From assembly GCA_020249925.1 (NCBI GenBank), contig JADCER010000001.1:81953-145952 (forward strand): DNA of 64,000 bases, in the 5' to 3' direction. The notes beneath the pieces were generated by a model. The model was given only the letters and a program-made list of their open reading frames with translations, made no database searches and was not told where the DNA came from. The first letter of the stretch is position 1, and each line of letters opens with the position of its first letter. The position numbers and the translations under genes were made by a program. Shown here in pieces: positions 17,064-26,409 of this stretch. The DNA is from Roseomonas sp. (GTDB taxonomy: Bacteria; Pseudomonadota; Alphaproteobacteria; Acetobacterales; Acetobacteraceae).

Positions 17064-17840
17064 TTACGCGTCCCGCAGGGTCGCGATCAGCGGGGTGTGA
17101 TCGGAAGGCTGCGCCTCCGCGCGTGGTGCCACATCAACTTCACAGACTTCGAGACGTTCGGCCAATTCGGGGCTGAGGAGCGCGTGGTCAATGCGCAAGC
17201 CGCGATTGGCTTCAAAGGCCGGGCCGTAATCCCAATAGGTATAGAGCGTCTCGGCGGGGTGCAGCGCACGGAGCGCATCTGTCATGCCAAGGTGCAATAG
17301 CGCACGAAAGCGCGCCCGGCTTTCGGGATGGACCAGCGCATCGGTTGCCGGCAGGGCGCCGGGCGCCAAGTCGGCCTCGGTCGGGCAGACATTGTAATCG
17401 CCCAGCACCGCGAAGGGCTGAAAGGCATCCAGCCGCGCCTGCACCAGCGCGCGCAGCCGATCCATCCAGGCGAGCTTATAGGCAAAGCCGGCATCGCCGC
17501 CGGAATTGCCATTGGGCAGGTAAATCCCCGCCGCGCGCAGCCCCGCCGCCGCAACTTCAATATAGCGGGCCTGGGTATCCTCAGCATCGCCGGGCAGGGC
17601 TTCGGCCAGAACCTCAAACGGAATGCGCGAGAGTACGGCGACACCATTCCGCCCGCCGGCCTGGCCCACCGCATGGGCCTTGTAGCCAAGCCCCGCGAAT
17701 TCCATGGCAGGGACCTGTTCCGCCGTGCAGCGGGTTTCCTGCAAAAACACCAGATCAGGCTTTTGCCGTTCCAGGAAACGCGCGACATGGGCCGCGCGCG
17801 CGCGGATGGAATTGACGTTGAAGGTGCAAAGGCTGAGCAG
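17064..17840 (-). CDS. xthA: Exodeoxyribonuclease III
   Basis: TFNVNSIRARAAHVARFLERQKPDLVFLQETRC... aligns with the ExoIII N-terminus (FNINGLRAR...GLQETK). The conserved part extends upstream of the first canonical start (GTG at 17750). No ATG/GTG/TTG lies in frame up to the stop at 17900-17898, so I placed the start provisionally at the CTG at 17840. Confidence 0.8.
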   Translation of the reverse strand: MLSLCTFNVNSIRARAAHVARFLERQKPDLVFLQETRCTAEQVPAMEFAGLGYKAHAVGQAGGRNGVAVLSRIPFEVLAEALPGDAEDTQARYIEVAAAGLRAAGIYLPNGNSGGDAGFAYKLAWMDRLRALVQARLDAFQPFAVLGDYNVCPTEADLAPGALPATDALVHPESRARFRALLHLGMTDALRALHPAETLYTYWDYGPAFEANRGLRIDHALLSPELAERLEVCEVDVAPRAEAQPSDHTPLIATLRDA

Positions 17841-17845
17841 GGGGA

Positions 17846-18199
17846 TCAGCCGATCGCGAAGGAAGAACCGCAGCCGCAGCCGGAACTGGCTTGCGGGTTA
17901 TTGATGGCGAAATGCGCGCCAATCAGCGCTTCGGCCCAGTCAAGCTCGGCACCCGCCAGCAGATCGAGCGAGACGGGGTCAATGAAAACCCGGCCCTTGC
18001 CTTCGCCGATCACGAGATCATCGGGGGCGGGGGCGTCTTCCAGGCCGAACTTATACTGAAAGCCCGAACAGCCACCCGCTTCCACGGCGAGCCGGAGCCC
18101 CGCATCCGGCCGGCCTTCACGCGCGGCGATATCGGCCACCTGCGCGGCGGCGCGGGCGGTGACGCGAAACGGGGCGGGATTGGTGCTGCCATCCGGCAT
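17846..18199 (-). CDS. erpA: Iron-sulfur cluster insertion protein (HesB/IscA/ErpA family)
   Basis: GGCSGFQYKF ... C-terminal SSGCGCGSSF motif. The ATG at 18199 is preceded by AAGGAG. Confidence 0.8.
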   Translation of the reverse strand: MPDGSTNPAPFRVTARAAAQVADIAAREGRPDAGLRLAVEAGGCSGFQYKFGLEDAPAPDDLVIGEGKGRVFIDPVSLDLLAGAELDWAEALIGAHFAINNPQASSGCGCGSSFAIG

Positions 18200-18380
18200 G
18201 GTGTGGACTCCTTGAGCCGTAACATAGGCATTTTGCGCGCCGCTTCCAATCACCAAAGATTGCGGGGGCCGTGCGGCGGGTGTTACAGCGCTGCGTCACG
18301 CGTTTTTCACGGAAAACCACGATTTCCATGCAAGCCCAGGCCAAAGCCGCGATCAGCCAGCCCAAAGGGCAGGGGGGCGC

Positions 18381-19529
18381 ATGAACCTTGCCCCCTATGC
18401 GGTGCTGCCGGAGACCTCTCGCGGGCGGCTTTATCCGGAACCGGGTGGCGATGCGCGGTCGCCCTTTCAACGGGACCGGGACCGCATCATCCACGCGACG
18501 GCCTTCAGGCGCCTGCAATACAAGACGCAGGTCTTCATTTATCATGAGGGCGATCATTTCCGCACCCGGCTGACCCATTCGATTGAAGTGGCGCAAATCG
18601 CGCGGTCCATCGCGCGGCTGCTGAGGCTGGATGAGGATTTGGCCGAGGCTTTGGCGCTGGCGCATGATCTGGGCCATCCGCCCTTCGGCCATGCCGGGGA
18701 AGATGCGCTGAATGCGGCGATGAAGCCCTATGGCGGGTTTGACCATAACGCGCAGTCCTTGCGCGTCGTGACGCAGTTGGAAGCGCGCTATGCCGGGTTT
18801 GATGGGCTCAATTTGACTTGGGAAACGCTGGAAGGTCTCGCCAAGCATAACGGCCCCTTGCGGAGGCCATCCCCCTATATCGCCGAATATGATGCGCGCC
18901 ATAAGCTGGATTTGACCAGCTATGCGTCCGCCGAGGCGCAGATTGCCGCCATTGCGGATGATATCGCCTATAACAACCACGATCTGGATGATGGGCTGCG
19001 CGCGGGCTTGTTCACCCTGGAAGAAGTGGGCGCCTTGCCCGTGATTGGCGAAGCGCTGGTGGCGGCGCGGGAAGCGGCGCCCGATGCGCCGGTAGAGCGG
19101 CTGGCACCCGAGATGATTAGGCGCGTGATCAGCCGCATGGTGGGCGATGTGGCCGCCGAGGCAATGCGTCGGCTTTCTGTGCTGAGGCCTGAAAGCGTTG
19201 CCGATATTCGCGCGGCGGATCGGCCCATGGTGGTGTTTTCTGAAGACATGGCGCGCGCCAACCTCGCCATTCGTGAATTCCTGTTCCAGCGCATGTATCG
19301 CCATTGGCGCGTCAATCGTACCATGGCGAAATCCAAGCGCGTGGTGCAGGTGTTGTTCAGCCTGCTGCATGGCGGGCCGGCCATGCTGCCGCCGCTTTGG
19401 CGCGCCCGCGCCGGGGAGGCCGGTTCCGCCCAGGCCGCGCTGGTGGTTTGCGATTATATCGCCGGCATGACAGACCGCTTCGCGCTGGAAGAACACCGGC
19501 GCATGACCGACCCCGATATTTCAGGCTGA
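18381..19529 (+). CDS. dgt: dGTP triphosphohydrolase-like HD-domain protein
   Basis: FQRDRDRIIHATAFRRLQYKTQVF..., HFRTRLTHSIEVAQIAR, LAHDLGHPPFGH. Confidence 0.85.
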   Translation: MNLAPYAVLPETSRGRLYPEPGGDARSPFQRDRDRIIHATAFRRLQYKTQVFIYHEGDHFRTRLTHSIEVAQIARSIARLLRLDEDLAEALALAHDLGHPPFGHAGEDALNAAMKPYGGFDHNAQSLRVVTQLEARYAGFDGLNLTWETLEGLAKHNGPLRRPSPYIAEYDARHKLDLTSYASAEAQIAAIADDIAYNNHDLDDGLRAGLFTLEEVGALPVIGEALVAAREAAPDAPVERLAPEMIRRVISRMVGDVAAEAMRRLSVLRPESVADIRAADRPMVVFSEDMARANLAIREFLFQRMYRHWRVNRTMAKSKRVVQVLFSLLHGGPAMLPPLWRARAGEAGSAQAALVVCDYIAGMTDRFALEEHRRMTDPDISG

Positions 19530-19536
19530 GATTTGC

Positions 19537-21393
19537 ATGACCGAGAGCAAAAAGACCGCCAACGTTTTTGTTGAGCACCGTCAGTTGATCATTCAAACCA
19601 TCCGGGACGTTTTCCCCGGTGTTGATGAAGCTGCCCTTGCACGCGTAAATGTTGAGCCTCCCCGCGACCCTTCCCACGGAGATTTGGCCTCAAACGCTGC
19701 TTTTGCGGTTGCCAAATCAGTGGGAAAAGCCAGTAAAGAATTTGCGGCGCTCATTGCGGATCATGTGAAGATAAAAGCTCAAGTCAGCGTTAGTGGCACG
19801 GATGTTGCCGGCGCTGGCTTTCTAAACATCTCCTTGCGAGAAGACTATTTGCAAAAGCAGATAGTTGAGATTTTGAAAGCCGGAGAAGCCTATGGCGATA
19901 GCGCGATTGGCGCTGGGCGGCGCGTGAATGTCGAATATGTCTCGGCCAATCCAACGGGTCCGATGCATGTCGGGCATTGCCGTGGCGCCGTGGTGGGGGA
20001 TGCGCTGGCCAATCTTCTTGCCAAGGCGGGCTTTGCCGTCACCAAGGAATACTATGTGAATGATGCGGGGGCGCAGGTCGCCGCACTCGGCTGGGCTTCC
20101 TATTGGCGCTATTTGCGCGTGATCGAGCCTAATCTTGAAGAATGGACGGCGGAGCAGGTGGAACGCCGCTTTGGCGTGACGCTGCAATATCGCGGCGATT
20201 ATCTGGTCGCGGTTGGTGAGGCCTTGGCAGAGCATCACGGCGCATCCATGGCACCACAACGCGTTGAAGGCGCGCCAAGCGCCGCACAAGCCGCTGCTGG
20301 CGTGGCCAGCGCTTTGGAGCTTGGCTGGTTCGTGGATCGCGCCTGGCTGGATGCGGCGCGCGAGCGCGCGGTGGCGATGATGATGATCGCGATCCGCGAG
20401 GATTTGGCGCTGCTCGGCGTCAATCAGGAAGTGTTCTTGTCCGAACGCGCGCTGGTGGAAGCGAATGCGACCGATGCCGCGATTACAGCACTTGAGGGCA
20501 AGGGTTTGCTTTATGAAGGCGTGCTGGAACCGCCCAAGGGCAAGACGCCGGATGATTGGGAACCGCGCCCGCAATTGCTGTTCCGGTCCACGCAATTCGG
20601 CGATGATGTGGATCGGCCGCTCAAGAAATCCGATGGATCCAACACGTATTTTGCGAACGACATCGCCTGCCATGCGGATAAGCTCAGGCGCGGTTATGAT
20701 CTGCTGATTGATGTCTGGGGCGCGGATCATGGCGGCTATGTTTCGCGCATGGGCGCTGCCGTGAAGGCGCTGTCTGATGGGCGCGTGCCCTTGGAAGTGG
20801 TGCTCTGCCAGATTGTGCATGTGATGAAGGCTGGCGAGCCTGTGCGTATGTCCAAGCGTGCCGGGACCTATGTGACGCTCCGTGATTTGATCGAAGAAGT
20901 GGGCCGCGATGCGGTGCGCTTCACCATGCTGACGCGCAAATCCGACGCGCAGATGGAATTCGACCTGGACAAGGTTGTCGAGCAAACGCGCGAAAACCCG
21001 GTCTTTTACGTGCAATACGCCCATGCGCGCTGCCGGTCCGTACTCCGCCAGGCGGGCGAGCCTGAGGTCGCGAAACTTGCCACCGCGCCGCTTGAGCATT
21101 TGCGCGACAAGGCGGAATTGGACCTGATCCGGCGCCTGATTTCCTGGCCCAGGGTGGTCGAAGCCGCCGCCTTGGCCCGGGAACCGCACCGGGTAGCGTT
21201 TTTCCTTCATGACTTGGCGGCAGATTTCCATGTATTATGGAATCGAGGCCGCGAAGACTCGACACTCCGCTTCATCCGAGAGGATGAGCCGGAGGCCACG
21301 GCCGCCCGGCTTGCGCTGGTGGCGGCCACGGCAAGTGTCATTCGTTCCGGCCTTGGCGTCATGGGGGTGACGCCGGTCGAGGAAATGCGCTGA
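19537..21393 (+). CDS. argS: Arginine--tRNA ligase
   Basis: Class I motif SANPTGPMHVGH, a C-terminal anticodon-binding (DALR) region and an ...EEMR C-terminus. 618 aa. Confidence 0.95.
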   Translation: MTESKKTANVFVEHRQLIIQTIRDVFPGVDEAALARVNVEPPRDPSHGDLASNAAFAVAKSVGKASKEFAALIADHVKIKAQVSVSGTDVAGAGFLNISLREDYLQKQIVEILKAGEAYGDSAIGAGRRVNVEYVSANPTGPMHVGHCRGAVVGDALANLLAKAGFAVTKEYYVNDAGAQVAALGWASYWRYLRVIEPNLEEWTAEQVERRFGVTLQYRGDYLVAVGEALAEHHGASMAPQRVEGAPSAAQAAAGVASALELGWFVDRAWLDAARERAVAMMMIAIREDLALLGVNQEVFLSERALVEANATDAAITALEGKGLLYEGVLEPPKGKTPDDWEPRPQLLFRSTQFGDDVDRPLKKSDGSNTYFANDIACHADKLRRGYDLLIDVWGADHGGYVSRMGAAVKALSDGRVPLEVVLCQIVHVMKAGEPVRMSKRAGTYVTLRDLIEEVGRDAVRFTMLTRKSDAQMEFDLDKVVEQTRENPVFYVQYAHARCRSVLRQAGEPEVAKLATAPLEHLRDKAELDLIRRLISWPRVVEAAALAREPHRVAFFLHDLAADFHVLWNRGREDSTLRFIREDEPEATAARLALVAATASVIRSGLGVMGVTPVEEMR

Positions 21394-21423
21394 CACTATT
21401 CCAGCGCCGATCGGGGGATAGGC

Positions 21424-22224
21424 GTGAGGGAAGTTCCAGTTCCAGCCTATAGGCTGGGTCGCAAGGCGGGTGGGGGCCTGCCTTGGCGAATGATCATCAT
21501 CGCGGGCTCTGTGCTTGCGGCGGGCGCTGTCATTGCGGCCTTGGTCTGGGGGTTTTCGCGCGGGTCAACGCGCAATGCGCCGCTGATCGAAGCGGATGCG
21601 CGCCCCATCAAGGTGCGGCCGGACAATCCGGGCGGGTTGCGCGTGCCCAATCAGGATGAGCTGATTTTTGACCGTAATCGCGGCGCGCGGGCGACAGCAC
21701 CAGGTGCCCTGGCGCCAGAGGCCGAGAAACCGCGCGTGGATCAGTTGCGCCAGCAATTGGCCGAAAGGGCGGCGCAGGAAGCCGCCCGCAGCGCGCCACC
21801 CGCCGCAACACCCGCGCCGGCACAACCGGCCGCGCCGCAAGCCGCAGCGCGCAGCGCACCGCAGGCGGCCGCACCTGCGCCGCCGGCGCCGCCGGCCACG
21901 ACCTCGGCACTCACGGCACCAAGCCTGCCTGCGCCCGTGCCGGCAAATGCCGAGCGTTTTGCGCCGGTCGCTAATGGCCGCGCGCAGGTGCAATTGGGCG
22001 CACTGCCAAGCGAAGCCGCCGCGCGCGGTGAATGGGAAAGGCTGCAAAGGCGTGTGCCTGAATTGCTGAGCAATCGCCGCGTGACCTTGGCGCCCCTGGA
22101 CCGCGAAGGGCAGACCACGATGTTCCGCATCCGCACCGGTGGCTTTGCCGATGCGGCAACCGCGCGCGCCTTTTGTGAGGAAATGAAGACCCGCAGCATC
22201 CCTTGCATGGTCATTGGCGGATAG
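21424..22224 (+). CDS. SPOR domain-containing protein
   Basis: N-terminal TM, a Pro/Ala-rich linker and a C-terminal SPOR-like domain (AQVQLGALPSEAAARGEWERLQRR...MFRIRTGGFADAATARAFCEEM). Confidence 0.75.
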   Translation: MREVPVPAYRLGRKAGGGLPWRMIIIAGSVLAAGAVIAALVWGFSRGSTRNAPLIEADARPIKVRPDNPGGLRVPNQDELIFDRNRGARATAPGALAPEAEKPRVDQLRQQLAERAAQEAARSAPPAATPAPAQPAAPQAAARSAPQAAAPAPPAPPATTSALTAPSLPAPVPANAERFAPVANGRAQVQLGALPSEAAARGEWERLQRRVPELLSNRRVTLAPLDREGQTTMFRIRTGGFADAATARAFCEEMKTRSIPCMVIGG

Positions 22225-22230
22225 GGTCGG

Positions 22231-23262
22231 ATGGCGCCTATTCGGGCTGCGATTCTTGGCCTTTCCGGACCGCGCCTGACCGCGGCGGAAGCAGCGCTTT
22301 GGCGGCTATTCCCGCCGCTTGGCGCCATTTTGTTCGCGCGCAATATCGAAGACTCCGTGCAATTGCGCGCGCTCACCAACGACATTCGCGATGTGCTGGG
22401 TGCCGCCGCGCCGATCCTGATTGACCAGGAAGGCGGGCGCGTGGCGCGGCTTAAGCCTCCGCATTGGGAGGCATTTCCCGCAGCAGCGCGCTTCGAAGCC
22501 CAGCCGGAAGTGGCCCAGCGCGCCAATGCGTATCTGCTTGGCGCCATGTGCCGCGCGGCCGGCTTGGATGTGGTTTGCGCGCCCGTTCTGGATTTGCGCC
22601 TGCCCGGCGCGCATCAGGTGATTGGCGATCGCGCCTTCAGTGCGGCGCCGGAGGAGATTACGCGGCTTGGCGCTGCCTGCATTGCTGGGCTGCAAGCTGC
22701 GGGCTGCATTCCCGTGATCAAGCATATCCCAGGGCATGGCCGCGCCTTGGCCGATAGCCATTACGAATTGCCGCGCGTTGCTGTTGATGTTGAGGCGCTT
22801 GCCGAGGATATCGCCCCGTTTCGCGCCTTGGCCGGCAGCGGTGCCTGGGCGATGACCGCGCATGTGCTGTATGAGGCCTGGGATGCGCGCCTGCCGGCGA
22901 CGATTTCCCCCACTGTGATCCAAAGCATCATCCGGGGAGAGATCGAATTCGATGGCCTGCTGATCACGGATGATTTGGCGATGGGGGCGCTTGCCGGCAT
23001 GGCGAATGACCTGGCCGATGCGGCGCTTTCGGCGGGCTGCGACGTGGTGCTGCATTGCAGCGGCCGGCTTGAGGATGCGGCGGCGCTGCTGCCCGATTGC
23101 CCGGTGCTGAGCGATGATGCGCTGCGGCGCCTGGCGCATGCGGATGGCGCACGGCGGGGCTTTGGCGCAGGGGATGCTGCTGCGCTGCGCGGATTGCGCG
23201 ATGGGGTGCTGGCCGCGCCGATGCTGGAGCTGTGGGAGGAGGACCCGACGGAGCGAGGGTAG
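22231..23262 (+). CDS. nagZ: Beta-N-acetylhexosaminidase (GH3)
   Basis: ILIDQEGGRVARL, KHIPGHGRALADSH and LLITDDLAM motifs of NagZ. Confidence 0.85.
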   Translation: MAPIRAAILGLSGPRLTAAEAALWRLFPPLGAILFARNIEDSVQLRALTNDIRDVLGAAAPILIDQEGGRVARLKPPHWEAFPAAARFEAQPEVAQRANAYLLGAMCRAAGLDVVCAPVLDLRLPGAHQVIGDRAFSAAPEEITRLGAACIAGLQAAGCIPVIKHIPGHGRALADSHYELPRVAVDVEALAEDIAPFRALAGSGAWAMTAHVLYEAWDARLPATISPTVIQSIIRGEIEFDGLLITDDLAMGALAGMANDLADAALSAGCDVVLHCSGRLEDAAALLPDCPVLSDDALRRLAHADGARRGFGAGDAAALRGLRDGVLAAPMLELWEEDPTERG

Positions 23263-23301
23263 GGGTGTCCAACATCGCGCGGTTCTGGCGAGAGAGCCAG
23301 A

Positions 23302-26300
23302 TCAATCGAAAGCCGCGGCAGTAAAGTCTTCGATGCGGTTGTACCTAAGCGTGTCCTGAAAAACGCCGAGTACCTTCATCAAATCGCGGTGCTTGAGACG
23401 TTCGATGAAATCCAATTCATCAAGATCATTGTCGCGCAGCTCTATCTGCTGATGCAAGGCGCTGCGCCTTTGGTGTTCCTGATCCCAATAGTCACGATAG
23501 GCGGCGCGGGCGTAAACATCTGAGATATTGGCATCAGGCAGCTTGAAGACGCGCACCCGCTGCTTCAGTTCCTCGGCATCCTGGCGGCAATAGATCCAGG
23601 TGTCGTAAAGTTCTCGCATGCAATAGGTGGATTTGAGGTATTTGTCGCTCAGGAAGATGAAAATACGCTGGCTGCGCGCGATGTCCAGCATGAAGGAGCG
23701 GATGCTGGCGCCAAATACCATGCTTTGCTTGTCGCGCAATATCTCAATATTTCTGGCACCGGCCGCATCGCACAACAGATTAACAGGCGCTTCCAAATCC
23801 GGGCCGGTGGAATCCGTCTCGTTCCAAGCATAGCTGATGGCGTATTTGGGTCGTTCTCCAGGCGGTCGCGTAGCTTGAATGATCGGGGCTTGCAGCGTTG
23901 GCGCAGGCGCTTCGCGCGCCAGCCTCACCTGGTCCGTGGTAGCGGAGAGGTTCAGCTTGCGGTTTTCCTCACTGACCAATTCGGCCAGCCTTTCCAGTAG
24001 TTTGGCTGCGTCGCCATCCTTGGTTTCAATGCTGACGCTGCCTTGCCATTCCCCCGCTGGCAAATCCTGCGTCACCAGCGCCCGCGCGCGCGTTTGCGCA
24101 TCGTAAAGGCAGACACCACCGCGAAAATAATCGGCGCGGGTTTGCGAGAGCGTCCCCAATTGGCTGATCACATTGCGGATCAGGCCTTCATGCAGAAAGG
24201 CATAGGTGAAGACCTGCCGATGCGTGGCAGGCCCTTCGCCCCAGGTGGCGTCAATCTGTACCTGAATGACCGATTTTTCAGGCAGGAATTCCGGGGCGAG
24301 ATAGAGCGTATTGTCGCCATCCGCCCCGCAGCTTTCGTCCTCGCGGTAGACAAAACAGATGCCGCAGGATGTCATCATGGAAAGGAACAGGCGTTGTTCG
24401 GCTTCCGAATAATCGCGCCAGACCTGCGCCAGATCGGCCCGTTCGAACATCCCACCACGGCGCTTCAAGCGGCCATAGGTTTCATTCCGGTCAAACAGCG
24501 CATAGATCGCGGCCATGGCCCAGTTTTGGTCCAGCACGATGCGATCCTGGAAAAGGCCTTCACAATAAAAAACCGTGCCATTATCATTCAAATAGGCCAG
24601 TGCGTATTCGGCCGAGGCAATGCCGCCTTCTTCCTGATACCAGTTCGCAAAAGTGGATTTTTCCATCAGGCGCCATTCTTCCGGCAGGCTGCCATCTGGC
24701 TGGCGCAGCTTTTCGATCCGCCGCTGCAGCAAAATCCGTGGCTTGCCAATTTCCACGGCGCCGCGGTTTTGGTGCAGCGCCACCACCGCATCCTGCAAGG
24801 CGCCGCGCAGCGTATTGATGCGCGGTGGATCTGAGGTGCTGACCTGCACACAGGTGCTGCTGGCCATTTGGTCCTGATCCAGCGGCGGGGGCAGAACGCC
24901 ATCCTGATCAAGGCGCGTTTGCGCGATGATCAAGGAGCTATCCTTATGGCCGGCATCCTTGGCATAGGCATGCCAATAGCGAAGCGGATGGTTGCGGAAC
25001 GCCATGCCGTGCTGATCGGGCTCAGCTTCCGGCAATTCGGTTTCCCGGCTCCAGACCAGCAGGAAAATGGCGCGGGTGCGGGCGAAAAGCGCATGGGTGC
25101 CATGATAAATCTCCTGCCCGCCAAAATCCCATAGCTTCAGGCGCGTCTCAGGCACTGAATCCTGCGCCGGCAGGGTCACTTGCGTAATGCGAATGCCATG
25201 GGTGGAATCCCATTGCGGCTGGAAGGGCTGACCGGCCAGGCGTCGCGCGATTTGCGTCTTGCCAGCACGACCATTGCCAAGGATGAGCAGCTTCGCTTCG
25301 CTTATGTGCTCGGCTCCGGCTTCAAGTTCTGCCAGATGGGCGCGGAGGCGTTGCAGGCAATTATCGCCGAGGACTTCGTCGGGGATGCCGGGGATGGAGG
25401 TGCTCTTCGCATCCAGCTTCGTCAGCAACGGCCGCCGCCATAGTGAAATAGGTACCGTCGCTAATTTGCATTCAGAGACAGAGAGGAACTGTAGCTGCTC
25501 CAACCCGGCGATGGGGGTTAGATCGCTGACCTGCGTGTGGCTGAAGTCGAGGTACTGTAGCTGCCGAAGCCCGGCGATGGGGGATAGGTCGCTAATCTCC
25601 GTGGCGAAGCAGCTGAGGCGCTGTAACTGCTGCAGCTCCGCGATTGGGGCTAGATCGCTAACTTCTGTGGCGCCGCAACCAAGGGTCTTTAACTGCTTCA
25701 AACCGGCGATCGGCGAAAGGTTGCTGATCTCTGCGTAATGGCAGCCTAGGTACTGAAGCTGCTGTAGCGCAGTCAGATGCGAAAGATTGCTTACCTTTGT
25801 GGCATGGCAGTGAAGCCAATGAAGTTGCTGTAGGCCGGCGATGGGGGATAGGTCACTGACCTGCGTGTGGCTGCAGTCTAGGTGCTGTAGCTGCTTGAGC
25901 CCGGCGATGGGGGATAGATCGCCGACCTGCCTATTACTGCAGTTAAGATACTGTAGCCGCAGCAATCCGTTGATGGGGGATAGGTCGCTGACCTGCGTGC
26001 TGCTGCAGTCCAGTTGCTGTAGCTGGTGTAACCCAGTGATGTGAGAGAGGTCGCTGACCTTTGTGCCGGGGCAGCTAAGGCGCTGTAGGTGCTGCAGCTT
26101 GGCGATGGGGGATAGGTCATCGCATCTCGTGTTTTCCAAATACAATTCCTGTAGCGCGATTAAGCCCGATAACGCGCTTATGTCCGAGAAAGAACTCCGT
26201 TCGGTGGGGCGCACTCGATCATTCACACCCTCGGCAGTCACCTGACAAAAATCGCCAAGACTCAGGCGCTTAAGCTTGGTGAGCTTCGAAAGGGCGTCGG

Positions 26301-26409
26301 GCAACTTCGTCAAAGCCAGACCACCCAAATCCAGCCAATCCTGCCCCGTGCGCGCGGCTTCCGCTATCCGCTCCTCCGCAATCCGTTCGCCATCGGTCAT
26401 GTCAGCCAT
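23302..26409 (-). CDS. ROCO-family protein: LRR (11 x 22 aa) - Roc GTPase - COR - C-terminal TIR domain
   Basis: Track ORF 23302-26448 begins at a TTG. The ATG at 26409 (MADMTDGERIAE...) has an AGGA 7 nt upstream. Residues are numbered from 26448. LRRs are aa 89-330. The P-loop is GNGRAGKT (aa 391-398) and switch II is DFGGQ (aa 441-445). G4 is degenerate: TRLD (aa 511-514). The COR-like region includes LAYLNDNGTVFY...RIVLDQNW and LFLSMMTSCGICF. The TIR-like region is YAISYAWNE...RIFIFLSDKYLKSTYCMRELYD. Confidence 0.8.
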   Translation of the reverse strand: MADMTDGERIAEERIAEAARTGQDWLDLGGLALTKLPDALSKLTKLKRLSLGDFCQVTAEGVNDRVRPTERSSFSDISALSGLIALQELYLENTRCDDLSPIAKLQHLQRLSCPGTKVSDLSHITGLHQLQQLDCSSTQVSDLSPINGLLRLQYLNCSNRQVGDLSPIAGLKQLQHLDCSHTQVSDLSPIAGLQQLHWLHCHATKVSNLSHLTALQQLQYLGCHYAEISNLSPIAGLKQLKTLGCGATEVSDLAPIAELQQLQRLSCFATEISDLSPIAGLRQLQYLDFSHTQVSDLTPIAGLEQLQFLSVSECKLATVPISLWRRPLLTKLDAKSTSIPGIPDEVLGDNCLQRLRAHLAELEAGAEHISEAKLLILGNGRAGKTQIARRLAGQPFQPQWDSTHGIRITQVTLPAQDSVPETRLKLWDFGGQEIYHGTHALFARTRAIFLLVWSRETELPEAEPDQHGMAFRNHPLRYWHAYAKDAGHKDSSLIIAQTRLDQDGVLPPPLDQDQMASSTCVQVSTSDPPRINTLRGALQDAVVALHQNRGAVEIGKPRILLQRRIEKLRQPDGSLPEEWRLMEKSTFANWYQEEGGIASAEYALAYLNDNGTVFYCEGLFQDRIVLDQNWAMAAIYALFDRNETYGRLKRRGGMFERADLAQVWRDYSEAEQRLFLSMMTSCGICFVYREDESCGADGDNTLYLAPEFLPEKSVIQVQIDATWGEGPATHRQVFTYAFLHEGLIRNVISQLGTLSQTRADYFRGGVCLYDAQTRARALVTQDLPAGEWQGSVSIETKDGDAAKLLERLAELVSEENRKLNLSATTDQVRLAREAPAPTLQAPIIQATRPPGERPKYAISYAWNETDSTGPDLEAPVNLLCDAAGARNIEILRDKQSMVFGASIRSFMLDIARSQRIFIFLSDKYLKSTYCMRELYDTWIYCRQDAEELKQRVRVFKLPDANISDVYARAAYRDYWDQEHQRRSALHQQIELRDNDLDELDFIERLKHRDLMKVLGVFQDTLRYNRIEDFTAAAFD
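23305..23853 (-). other. TIR-like effector domain of the ROCO protein
   Basis: A beta-A-like strand KYAISYAW and SDKYLKSTYCMRELYD (SxxYxxSxxCxxEL pattern). The candidate catalytic Glu codon is at 23611-23613. Confidence 0.65.
23959..25299 (-). other. Roc GTPase + COR domain region of the ROCO protein
   Basis: G1, G3 and G4-like motifs plus COR-like hydrophobic patterns, as listed for the CDS. Confidence 0.7.
25459..26184 (-). repeat. Eleven in-frame 66-bp tandem repeats encoding the LRR array
   Basis: Strings such as ccggcgatgggggataggtcgctgacctgcgtg recur with a 66-bp period. The peptide consensus is DLSPIAGLxQLQxLxCSxTxVS. Confidence 0.85.

Noticed and set aside
25459-26184. Regular 66-bp repeats considered as a possible CRISPR array
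   Set aside because: The period is continuous with no unique spacers, the repeats are in frame within a long ORF, and they translate to a clean 22-aa LRR consensus.
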